In this document: positions 48,120 to 64,000 of the stretch, one piece after another
Layout of the letters: each line of letters begins with the position of its first letter
How positions within the stretch are numbered: the first letter of the stretch is position 1
Assembly: GCF_009914755.1 (NCBI RefSeq)
Contig: NC_060927.1
DNA: 64,000 nt
Reading direction: 5' to 3' (one strand)
Origin: the human T2T-CHM13v2.0 reference genome, Homo sapiens
Program-made: the position numbers and the translations under genes
Notes under the pieces: generated by a model
The model's input: only the letters and a program-made list of their open reading frames with translations
What the model was told of the DNA's origin: nothing
The model's database searches: none

Positions 48120-48270
48120 CTTCTTCCTTATCCTCAAAATAGTCTTTCTAAGTTGAGAAAACTGGGGCTCAAAAAGGTTAAGTAAATCACTCACAGTCAA
48201 AGAAAAAGCTGACATTGAACTCAGCCAGGTCTGTTGGACCCCAATATCCAAGCACTTTCTATTACACCTC
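48120..48270 (-). mobile_element. MIR fragment
   Basis: gagaaaactggggctcaaaaaggttaagtaaatcactcacagtca...ttgaactcag. Confidence 0.7.
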
Positions 48271-48507
48271 ATAATCACCTGGCCTGCCTTCTTGTGCATG
48301 GCCTAACTCAAGTGTCTATATCACTGAAGAGAGATAATTGTAATAATGATCACCATCATCACACTCTACGGTCTTGGCACTACTGATATTGATGAGTTAG
48401 CAGAAACACATCTACACAAGAAAGTAGAAGCTTTTGGGGTTTAATACCTACATTACAAATGAGTTAGGTTGAGGAAGAACTATTTTGTACTATCGAAATA
48501 ACAGAGG

Positions 48508-48732
48508 ATTTACTATGTGCCAGGTGCCATTCCAACAAAATTACAATATCAACACATCTCATTCTTATTACAACACTATGATACAGTTATTATAATCATC
48601 CTAATTTTACAGATTAGAACTTTAAAGTTCAGAGAGGTTAGGCAACATGCTGAAGTCCTCACAGCTATAAAGTGGTAGAACAAGGATATGACCCTGGATT
48701 GTTTGGCTTCAAAGTTGATGCTCTTAACCACC
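48508..48732 (-). mobile_element. MIR, near full length
   Basis: tttactatgtgccaggtgcc...ttttacagattagaactttaaagttcagagaggttaggcaac...gctcttaaccac. Confidence 0.85.
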
Positions 48733-51385
48733 ATAGAAGAAGACGAACATGTTGTTGAGTACAAAGAGAGAACTGCACGTGGACAAGTGTATGCCTTTTC
48801 TCTGTTTGTCCTTGCCCAGTCATATAAATATCCCCACAGAGAAATTCTGTGCTTCCTAAAGATAACATAAGTTCTTGAAGAAAAAAAAAAAAAAAGTACC
48901 GGCTAATTTTGACCAACACTTGCACCTATAAAAAAATACTTTTTAAAGTATCACTTTTTCAGTCCTTCTGTTGCTAGTGATTCCATAAGCCGCTCCCAAA
49001 CCATTTTTATATTCCACTTGTTTTCATAGTCTCTAATTGCCCATCCATTTCTCTTGCAGTGTACTTTATTGTAAATCCTCCTATTCTGCTTTCTTAAAAA
49101 GTGTGACTATCTTGTCACCATCATCTTAGAACACCCTATTATGCCTTAATTGGATTACTTAATTGTGTCTCAGCCTTTTCTTCTGTAAGTTTAAATGCCT
49201 CCGTGGATCTCTAGCTTCCTCGAAGAGACTTATTTTGCAGAAATGTTCCCAGGTATTAGAAAATCATAATGGTAAATCAAGCAATATACCCTAATTCAAA
49301 TTATTATCATCTTAGTACCAAGGAATAAGTTACTTTCTTCCTTAAATATTAAAACTTATTAAGTCTTAGAAAGGAAAAAGGGAGGAATAATCCTTAATTT
49401 TTACAAAATTTTAATGATTCTAAAGACCCTGGGAAGCAGCCCCTATTCCCTTCCTCCCACCCTTCCCAATTTTCCAATTCATCACTTGAATTAACCTCCT
49501 AAGCACTAGAGCCATCAGATAGCTGAGGCACTATCTGGTCCATCAGTGGAGCCCAGCCAGTCTGATGAGGCAACACCAAGCAGTGAGCTCGGGGCCTCAG
49601 CTGTGTGAGCTTTGATAAGCTGAGTGAGAGCCTCATGCATACACTGCAAGCAATTGAAACTGCAAAAGGGCTTCTCTCTCCTCATTCCTCTTTCTTATTC
49701 CTCCAAAGTTGAATAAAAATGATTTGATAAATTATTCTTTTCAGATCTAGACACTCAAGGAAAAAAAAATAGAAGGAAAGGAGAAGAAAAAGGAAAAGTC
49801 GCACTTGAGAACTCATTATTAGCATGAATTCCCAGCACTCCAGCAATCATTACAGATCCACACAAGAGGGAAAGCAATGGAATAAAAGGAAAGAAAGGAG
49901 TTTTATCTCAATGCATGCAGGAAAGAGGGAAATGTTCTCCATAGGTTTAGAGACTTGTAGGCATTAGAATCCCTGTTAAGACTTGTTCTTTGAAAGGCAA
50001 ACCTTCAACCCTAAAATCTAACTCAAACCTTGAATGGAAGGAATAAGCCTCTGCATTCATCACTAAGGCAAGTAGTGTGCCCCAAAGCCTGGCCAGGGCA
50101 ATAACTTATGAGCAAGTTAGAGCTGAGGATATCAAGTCAAATAACCAAGACCGCATTGTGAGAAGAAAAAAAAAAAGGGGGGAGAGAGAGAGAGAGATCT
50201 GGAGTTTAGCAGGGACTCTGAGGACAGCTGCAGACTGCCAGACAAGAATTAAAAAAAAAAAAAAAAAAAGGCGAGGCAGGGTTGGAGAAAAATAGTAAGA
50301 ACTTATGGAATAAGTCAAAGCATACATTTAGCAGTTTCTCAATAAGTAAATGTTGCGTAAATTAAAAATTTTATTGTAAAATTTATATATAGAAAAGTTA
50401 GATTTACGCAGTCTCTATTGTGTGAAGATAAAGATATGCCTTAGATCCCCAAACTACTGAAGATAGCATAACCACCACTAAAACCATCAGCCAAAGTTGA
50501 AGAGCTAAAAAACTAGTAAATTCCATTGCCTCTGAAAAGAAATATGGAGGAAAATCCTTGGATGCTAATCTTAACTCTGAGCAGGATTGTTAATAATTGG
50601 AGGCACTTAACCAGAAAGTTTGATTAATTAGATATCTGATATAAAAGCAAATGACAATTGTCATTTAGCAATTATGAGTGGACATTATGATATTATGCCA
50701 TATCGGGAATTTTTTCCCCCAAACATTTCTCCTACTCTGTCTTCAACAAAATGTCACCTAACCAATCCTATCACTCCTCTGGACTTAAGGCAAATAACAT
50801 TAGAATTATATTGCTTTATCTGACCCAGTGGAATTGTGACACTTCATGAAACAGTGATGAAAAGAAAACCTGAAATATCCAAGTTTGAAGTGTGAGGGCA
50901 GCATGTTCTGCAAAAGGAAGAATAAAGTAAGAGAATGTGGACAAAGAATAAGGGAGAAACAAGATATGTGAATGAGAGAATGCACCTGGAAGGTCAAATG
51001 CAGACAGAAATGGAAACACATAACCAAAGATATTTTTCTTTATAATGGAAAAAGATTTACTCTTGATATCCTCTTGAAGGGTGTCATTCTCCACAGCTCC
51101 TTGCCACATGTATTTAACCAATCATAATGGTCCCAGGCTCTCTGCCACCTGAAAATTTGCCAGAGTCAATAAAAGAAGCAGTTCAGTTTAGCATGGACTA
51201 AGTGCCAAGTAACTTGGTAGGTATTAAAGTTGCAGGTATGGATACAACACAGTAGCTTTCTTGAGGAACTTTTAGCCTAATTGAAAAACTAGATATATAA
51301 ATAAGAAATGTCAATATATCTGGTATGGGGGAAGCTCACAGTGGTAGTATTTCACCCAGACTAGAGTGAAGGTAAAAGAAGACGA

Positions 51386-51386
<1 letters not shown>

Positions 51387-51417
<31 letters not shown>
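51387..51417 (+). repeat. Isolated poly(A) tract of about 31 nt
   Basis: Visible homopolymer with no recognisable SINE/LINE body directly upstream. Confidence 0.9.
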
Positions 51418-51419
<2 letters not shown>

Positions 51420-52249
51420 TCTTAGAGGAAATAAAGCTCTAAAAGTTGAAGAAGAATGGGACAAAGAGTATTTTATATCAGCTGAGCAAAAAGAGTAAAA
51501 GTTGATAAGCATAGAGTAGCAAGGCAACAACATAATACAACTTACTTGATATTATTAAAATGTGAAGTTTCAGGAAGGGCAAGACATGAGAATAGATAAG
51601 TAACCAGGGGCCAGATTACAGAGCAATATCTCTGTACTCGGAGTGACCTTGACTTGTACACATCATTTCCATTTATCATCCCACTGCCTTGAGTTTGATC
51701 AAAGGGGCTGATCTAGCTTCAAGGGAGGCTAGAAAATATACTCTGAAGATAAGTAACTAATGGTCCAGGAACAAAGAAAAGACAGCTATTGGGAGAAAAA
51801 CTGAAAGTCTACCATTTATTTCATCTTATTGACAATATATAGCTATTGGAGGATCTGAAACAGGAATGCTTTAACTATATTAGACATCCATTAAAACCAT
51901 TTTTGTAGAAATATAGAGAATATATTATGCAGTATAAGGTAATCAGGAAAATGAGCCCGCAGAATGACTGAGGTGCTGATAGAGTCCTGACCAACCTGGC
52001 AGGATGGTGGCCTGGAGCTGAGTTTAAGATCATTCAATAAAAAGGTTTTTTTTTAAAAAAAAAAACACTTTGTTGCCTAAGATTCACCCTTGTCGTGCAT
52101 GTCTCCAACATTCTCTCCTGAGGCAAAACTTTTTTTTTTTCGCTAAACCAAACTCAATTGGCATTACCAGTGTGATTTCCGTGATCAGTTTGTGCAAAGA
52201 CCTCGACAAAAACCGAGAGAAGAATCACTATCAACAACTGAAGACCTTT

Positions 52250-52600
52250 CATGGTGGTAGAGAGTAGAATAGTGGTTACCAGGGGCAGGAAGGGAAGTGG
52301 GCAGGAAAGTAAAGAGAAGTTGACTAAGGGGTACAAAAACACAGTTGTGTAAAAGGAATAAGTTCCAATACTTGACAGTACAACAGGGAAATTATAGTTA
52401 ATAATAATTTATTGCATATATCAAAATAGCTAAAAGAGGACAATTATAATATTCCCAACATAAAGAAAAGATAAATGTGTGAGGTGATGCACAGCCTAAT
52501 TACCTATTTGATCATTACACATCGTATACATGTATGAAAGTATCACAAGTACTCTTAAAACATGTCCAACTGTTACATACGAATAAAAAATAAACAACCA
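52250..52600 (+). mobile_element. L1MA 3' UTR fragment
   Basis: agagagtagaatagtggttaccagggg, aggaataagttc, ttcccaacataaagaaaagataaatgtgtgaggtgatg, tttgatcattacacat. Confidence 0.85.
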
Positions 52601-52729
52601 AAAAAGAATAAAGAAGAAAAACATTACCATAGGGAAAAAAGACTTATTATAAAAAGGAAATGTAAAACAATTGTCTTCAACAAGATTCCAGAGAACATTT
52701 TATCAACAAAACAGAAATACGCTGCTATG

Positions 52730-56895
<4,166 letters not shown>

Positions 56896-57029
56896 AGAAA
56901 TATGCTGCTATGAAAAAAGAATAATCAGAGAGCCAAAAGGTTTCTTGGAATTTAACACTGTGCCTAGAGAAGTAAAGTATTTTAAAACCATAAAATATCT
57001 CCTGACAATCTTACAGCCTGTTGTGGTTG

Positions 57030-57320
57030 GGGAATGGTGGGAAAGAACACAGGGGAGGAAGGCAGGGTGCAGAGGAGTGGTGGCAGCCTCCCTAAGGGTG
57101 TGCTCAGGACTTTGGGCTGTATCTGGTAATGCACAAGTGTTGCAGCAGGGTAAACAGGGAAGTTGTGCCATCAACATTTTTGTTGTTGAAAGATCACTGG
57201 GAGGTAGGATAGAAATTGGATTGAAGGTGAGAAGGATACAACTGGAAGCACAGAGACTAGTTAGGAGGCTACTGCAGTAATCCAGGGATGAGATGATGAT
57301 AACTGAAATTAAGGGCCACA
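57030..57320 (-). mobile_element. L2 fragment
   Basis: ttgaaagatcactgg...ggaagcacagagactagttaggaggctactgcagtaatccaggg. Confidence 0.75.
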
Positions 57321-57726
57321 AGATACAATTATCTAATAGACGTCCACAAGCTGAAAAATGGGCAGACTCACAGTTCCTGTAAATAATTTACAGCCAAAAC
57401 AGGAAGGCAGACAAAAGTTTACTGAAGAAAGCAGATGTCCTACACTGACTCAGGAGCCAGCAGAAGGAAAATTATCAGAATGCCACATAAATGGAGTAGT
57501 TAAGAAGGGGTGAGCCAAGGGTGCTCTTTTAAAAACAGACTCAGAAGGGTCATCCATCAAAAGTAGCTTAGCCTTTCAGTCCGACTGCTAACAAGTGATG
57601 AAACCTGATCCATAAAACATTCCCAGGGTGTCACTGAATTGAGGCATTGGAGGATTTTACTTACCCTGAATAAGAAATCACTTCCAGTGCTTGAATTTTA
57701 ACAGATTATCTTCTCCAACTTGTCTA

Positions 57727-57774
57727 CTACACACATGTGTGTGCATGCACACACACACAGACACACACACACAC
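57727..57774. repeat. Mixed (CA)n/(TG)n microsatellite
   Basis: Visible alternating purine-pyrimidine tract. Confidence 0.85.
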
Positions 57775-57994
57775 CTCTTTTAAGGTGCATAGCTGCATTA
57801 ATTATAGACAAGGCAGAAAAGGCAAAAGGCCATTCATAGCATATTTGCTGCTGTTATGGCTGATTTATTCATTCAGTAATTCATTTTTAGTATTCATAGT
57901 ACTCATTTAAGATGTTTTAGATAATGTGGTCAAAACAAAAGCTAAAAGAGATACAAGATGTCTTTTCAATGATCAATAAGCTTAAAATCGTAAA

Positions 57995-58520
57995 GTTCCA
58001 AATTTGGGAAGGGAGCTTAGAGTTATCACATTCGACTTTTTAAATCATTCATGATATTCCACCACAATATTCAGTTACGTAATGGACCAGTCTCTGAACA
58101 CCTCCCGTAACAATAAATTTTCTGCCACCAGGGAGCTTATTAGTGGTTATGTAACTCTTGAATCACAATCTAGTTTCTAAATTTTTTCAGATAAACTTTT
58201 TTCGGTCATTTAGAAGTAAAAAAAATTAATTCAATCTGTCATTCTACAGAACTTCAAAAATTTGAAGACTTTCTATCCCCAACCCAACCCCAAATTCTAA
58301 TTTTTAGGTCCAATATCAACAGTGATTTTAGTATTTCCTGATATGTCATGAATTTCAAATATCCCACCACCCTGTTTACTTTTAAGAGTATACATCTTAC
58401 ATTTGTTAATGTCTCTTTCAAACTATATACACAACTAAACGTGATATTTCAGGTGTGGTCAGAATACCTAGAATACAGCTGCTCCTTTGCCTTCATTGCT
58501 CAAGAAATTTACTTCTAAGA
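57995..58520 (-). mobile_element. L3/CR1 LINE fragment
   Basis: ggaagggagcttagagttatc; cacaactaaacgtgatatttcaggtgtggtcagaatacctagaatacag. Confidence 0.55.
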
Positions 58521-58752
58521 ATTCTTCCATTTGGACAGTATGGAAAACCAGACACATGGATAGACCTGCTGACTATAATACAACTACATTCCAGATAAAT
58601 TATAAGGACATTCTTTAAAAATGTGAGCTAACTGTCCTCTTCAAAAATGTATAAAAACAACATCAGAATAAACTCAAAGAGAATAGTAAGAAAAAAATTT
58701 TAAATACGGTAGAATAAATTAACAAAGTAAGAAGTAAGATAAAATAAAAACA

Positions 58753-60130
<1,378 letters not shown>

Positions 60131-60241
60131 ATAAAGAAGGAGGAGGAAAAGGAGGAGAAGGAAAAGGAATTGTGTAGTGGGCAGCTGGATGTGAAGGACT
60201 GGAGATTGTATGAGATATCAAAGCTGGAGATAATTATTTAA

Positions 60242-60617
<376 letters not shown>

Positions 60618-61556
60618 TTTCAAGCCTTAATTTCATCTATATTAAAAACCTAAAACCATCATACCTAATCCTAAATTCACACCGACCTCAACATAAATTA
60701 AAAGCACTGCATATTATACACATCTCTTACTTTTTAGCTTTTTTCCCCTAAGATGTTTATTCCAAACTTCTCTGCCTTTTAGAAAACAAAAGCCAGGGAA
60801 AATCGTACTTTGAGGGCAACTTCTGATTGCCTCACTGCCAAAGACCTCCCCTGAAACAAAGCAGGTACATGCCAGATTACTTGCTTCAAAGAAGAAATTA
60901 AACGGTTAAAAAAAAATACTGGGAAAAAAAACAAAAATGATGTATCAGAAAGTTGACCACATTAAGAACTGGAGTCATGTACTCTATGCAATGAGGAGCA
61001 ACTAAAAGTTGTTTGATATTTTTTAACCAAAGTCATATTACCGAAGTGCGGTTTTTAGGAAATTTAATCTAAAGGAATAGAGGGGGTGGAAACCAGAGGC
61101 CAATTGACTAGTATATTACAATAAACAGGTGAATGGGAATAGAAATAAGCATTTTCTAACTCTCATCCTACCTCAGGAACATTTTTATATCCAGTCATTT
61201 GCACTTTTGCAGCTTTTGTAAAATTACTAAAAACAATGGATGAAGTCAGTTTATCCCAATATCCTGGTCAATCCCATGGAAATGCAGTTAAGGTGATATT
61301 AACAAGAAAAGAACAGGCATTGCTTGGAATAAGAACGTGAGAGTTTCAGGGCAGCCATGAGAAAGGAATTTAAGAAAAAAAAAGTCTACAAATTAAAATT
61401 TAGCAAGACATCTAGAAAGGTAAGTCTTAGTTTCTGGTCTTTTTTCCATAAAGTTTTTCAAGCATTAATTTCATTTATATTAAAAACCTCCTCACACACA
61501 ACAAAGTCCAAATAATTATTTCATCCTTTAATGATTTTTTAATAAACAATTGGTCT

Positions 61557-61896
61557 TGTTGAAAGATAAACTTAGGCACATTAAAACTTTAGTGAGTTTA
61601 TTTGAACATTCAACAATTCATGAATTGAGCATTATTAGACTGCACGTGGTTCAGCACTTCACTGGGGGAGGAGGAAGAAGGAGAAAACTTTTAGGTGTCT
61701 ATAGAAGCAAGCCAAAGAAAATAATTTGATTGGTTAGAGTGGAAAGTCTCTGGGTGGTGGTTAGTTGGTGGTTTCTGACTGGGTCAGCTTAAGGTATTTT
61801 TTACTGTTTGTATTGGGCCTCAGTTTGCTTGTGTAGGAACTCAAGATGCTGGAGCCATCTCAGCCTATTGGCCTCCCAGTTATAAAATAAATAACA
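61557..61896 (-). mobile_element. LTR47-like ERV solo LTR
   Basis: TG...CA termini, 4-bp TSD gtct (61553-61556, 61897-61900); reverse strand reads tgggaggccaataggctgagatggctccagcatcttgagttcctac. Confidence 0.75.
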
Positions 61897-62979
61897 GTCT
61901 TCTTATGGGAAATAAAATGAAAACAGAGTAGGAGTGATAACTTGTGTAATTGCCTACATTTATTACAGTTCTTCTATTTTGTGTATGACAGCCTTAGAAT
62001 GAGGTCCCATAGATAAGAAAAACGAAACAAAACAAAACAAAAACAGCCATCTTTCTAACTTCCCCATGTCTGGTGTTGTCACATACATGTCCCGGATCTT
62101 CTGGACTGAAAACCCTGTACTTGAACTACTTTCTTTCATATGTGCACCACATTCAGTCAACAAATCCTTTTTTCTCGTTCCTCGTTTCCCTGATTTCCCA
62201 TTCGTTTTCATTACCACTGCCCTCCCACGTTTCATAATTTAAATCTGGAGTTCTGCAATGACATCTTGGTTGGTTCTCACTGGAGTCTCTCTCCATGTTA
62301 CATATAGCTGACAAATGGCCAACCAGAATATACTGTTCAGCCTACTTTTCTAAAAACCAATCTATGTGCCTTCCTCTGGACTTAGATCCAAAGCCTTCTA
62401 GAAAATGATTCCTTCTTATCTAGTCAACCTTACCCATCATTTCTCAAAAGGGGCTTCCATTCCAGAAAATAAAATCCAATCTGTTTCATGCTCTTGACTT
62501 AATCAGCTTTCACATCTGTGCCTTCTCCATTCATAGTAACACGTTCATTACCTTCTGCCAATGTATTGTTATCTTCCTTCATAACTCATCTCAAGGGAGA
62601 TGTTTAAGACTCATTTTTTTGTCAACTAAACACTCTTCACTCTACATTCTCTTTGTGTATGTAATTGTACACGTACTTATATGTACATATGTACTACTAT
62701 TCACATGCTGCCTTCTAATTTCCCTCCAGTTGCTTCATTCAGATCTCCATGAATATTTTTATTATCTTTTGTTAAGATTTTTATTAGCAGTTTTAGTCAA
62801 TAAAAACTCGAAACTTAGTTAGATAGTTGGTACAATAGATGGAAGACTCATGATTAAATATAATTTCAACAGGATAAATAAAAATGGCAAGGTTTTTAAG
62901 AAATGAAATTAATGAGAATAAATGAAAGTACGGCAAGTGCTGCACTTGAGAAGGAGCAAAAAGAGCACCAATGTTGTCA

Positions 62980-63090
62980 CTAAATGGCAGGTAACCTTGA
63001 GATGTCTATTTACTAACTGGATCTCAATTTTCCTCACCTAGAAAATAGATTGGACAAGGTGGTCCCTAATATTTCTTTCAGCTCTGGTCT
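62980..63090 (+). mobile_element. MIR3-like fragment
   Basis: tctcaattttcctcacctagaaaat...ttggacaaggtggtccctaa...ttcagctct. Confidence 0.6.
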
Positions 63091-63119
63091 TCTATGGCAG
63101 ATGTGTCTTCAGTAATGTG

Positions 63120-63682
63120 TTTGGTAGGAAAAATTATGACCCTCAATCATATTCCACATTCTGATCTTCAGGATTGTGAATGTATTACTTTGTATGGCAA
63201 AAGGGACTTTGAAACTGTATTAGGTTGGTGCAAAAGTAATTGCGATTTTTGCCATTACTTTTAATGGCAATGTTTTAATAATTAATATTACTAGTAAATT
63301 GATCTTAAAATAAGGAGATTATCCTGGATTACCCAGTTAGGGCTAATGTAAGCAAATGAATCTTTAAGAGCAGAAAAGGACATCAGAGAGATTGGAAGCA
63401 TGAGATGGGCTCTACCCACCATTGCTGACTTGAACATAAAAAGGGTCACATGGAAAGCCTGAGAAGAAAATGATTATTCTACCCAGTGAGATTGAAAGAG
63501 GCTCACAAGCCCCAGATGAGAACCACAGCCCAGCAGATACGTTGATTATAGTTTGCTAAGACTCTGAGCAGAGAATCCAACCACGCTGTGTTGACTTTCT
63601 TACCTACAAAACTGTGAGCTAATATAATTATGTTGTCTTAATCTGCTAAATTTGTTATAGTGGCACTGGAAAAAATAATACA
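63120..63682 (+). mobile_element. MLT1E-like MaLR solo LTR, interrupted by MADE1
   Basis: tggcaaaagggactttg, ggagattatcctggattacc, ccagatgagaaccacagccc, cctacaaaactgtgag, end aaaaataataca. Confidence 0.85.
63220..63278. mobile_element. MADE1 (Hsmar1-related Mariner MITE) with damaged right TIR
   Basis: ttaggttggtgcaaaagtaattgcgatttttgccattacttttaatggcaa preceded by TA (63218-63219); taa plus TA at 63276-63280. Confidence 0.88.
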
Positions 63683-64000
63683 CTTTCAAAGAAAGGGGTA
63701 ATGCATTTTTTGTTTTTCCATACCATGTTCTAACCAACACAGAGTAATCTTGAAATGTCCAGAGGGCAGCTGGATATGAAAAACTGGAGCTTGTAAAAGA
63801 GAGCAAAGCCAAAGATACTGACTTTAACTCATGTGGACAAAAGTGATTGTTAACTCTACAGGAACGGATGTATTTACTACATACAACATTTGAGAAAAGC
63901 TAGAAGACTAGAAGCACATATGACTAAGTCTTCAGGAATGTCCAGAAGACAAAGGAGAAAGAGAAGAAATGGTCAAAGATTAAGATGAGAATAGGAAAGC

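Overview
AT-rich primate (most likely human) intronic or intergenic DNA, judged from AluY/AluS, L1PA and THE1 elements. I found no host protein-coding gene, RNA gene, CpG island or CRISPR array. Every long protein-like ORF belongs to two 5'-truncated, inactivated L1PA retrotransposons (6370-8434 and 52730-56895). The rest is layered transposon fossils: six Alus, a two-LTR THE1 element, solo LTRs (MLT1, MST, MER50-like, LTR47-like), hAT/Mariner DNA-transposon remnants, old L1M, L2, L3/CR1 and MIR fragments, and microsatellites. Subfamily names come from my recall of consensus sequences and need RepeatMasker/Dfam confirmation; boundaries of old elements are approximate. I see no credible evidence of a previously undescribed biological system. 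The most notable oddities are an indel-free ancient CR1 coding remnant (20347-20565), two perfect 20-bp palindromes 52 bp apart (32560-32651), intact DUX4 motifs in both THE1 LTRs, a repair-scar-like duplication in L1 ORF2 and a 34-bp dispersed duplication at an AluY junction.
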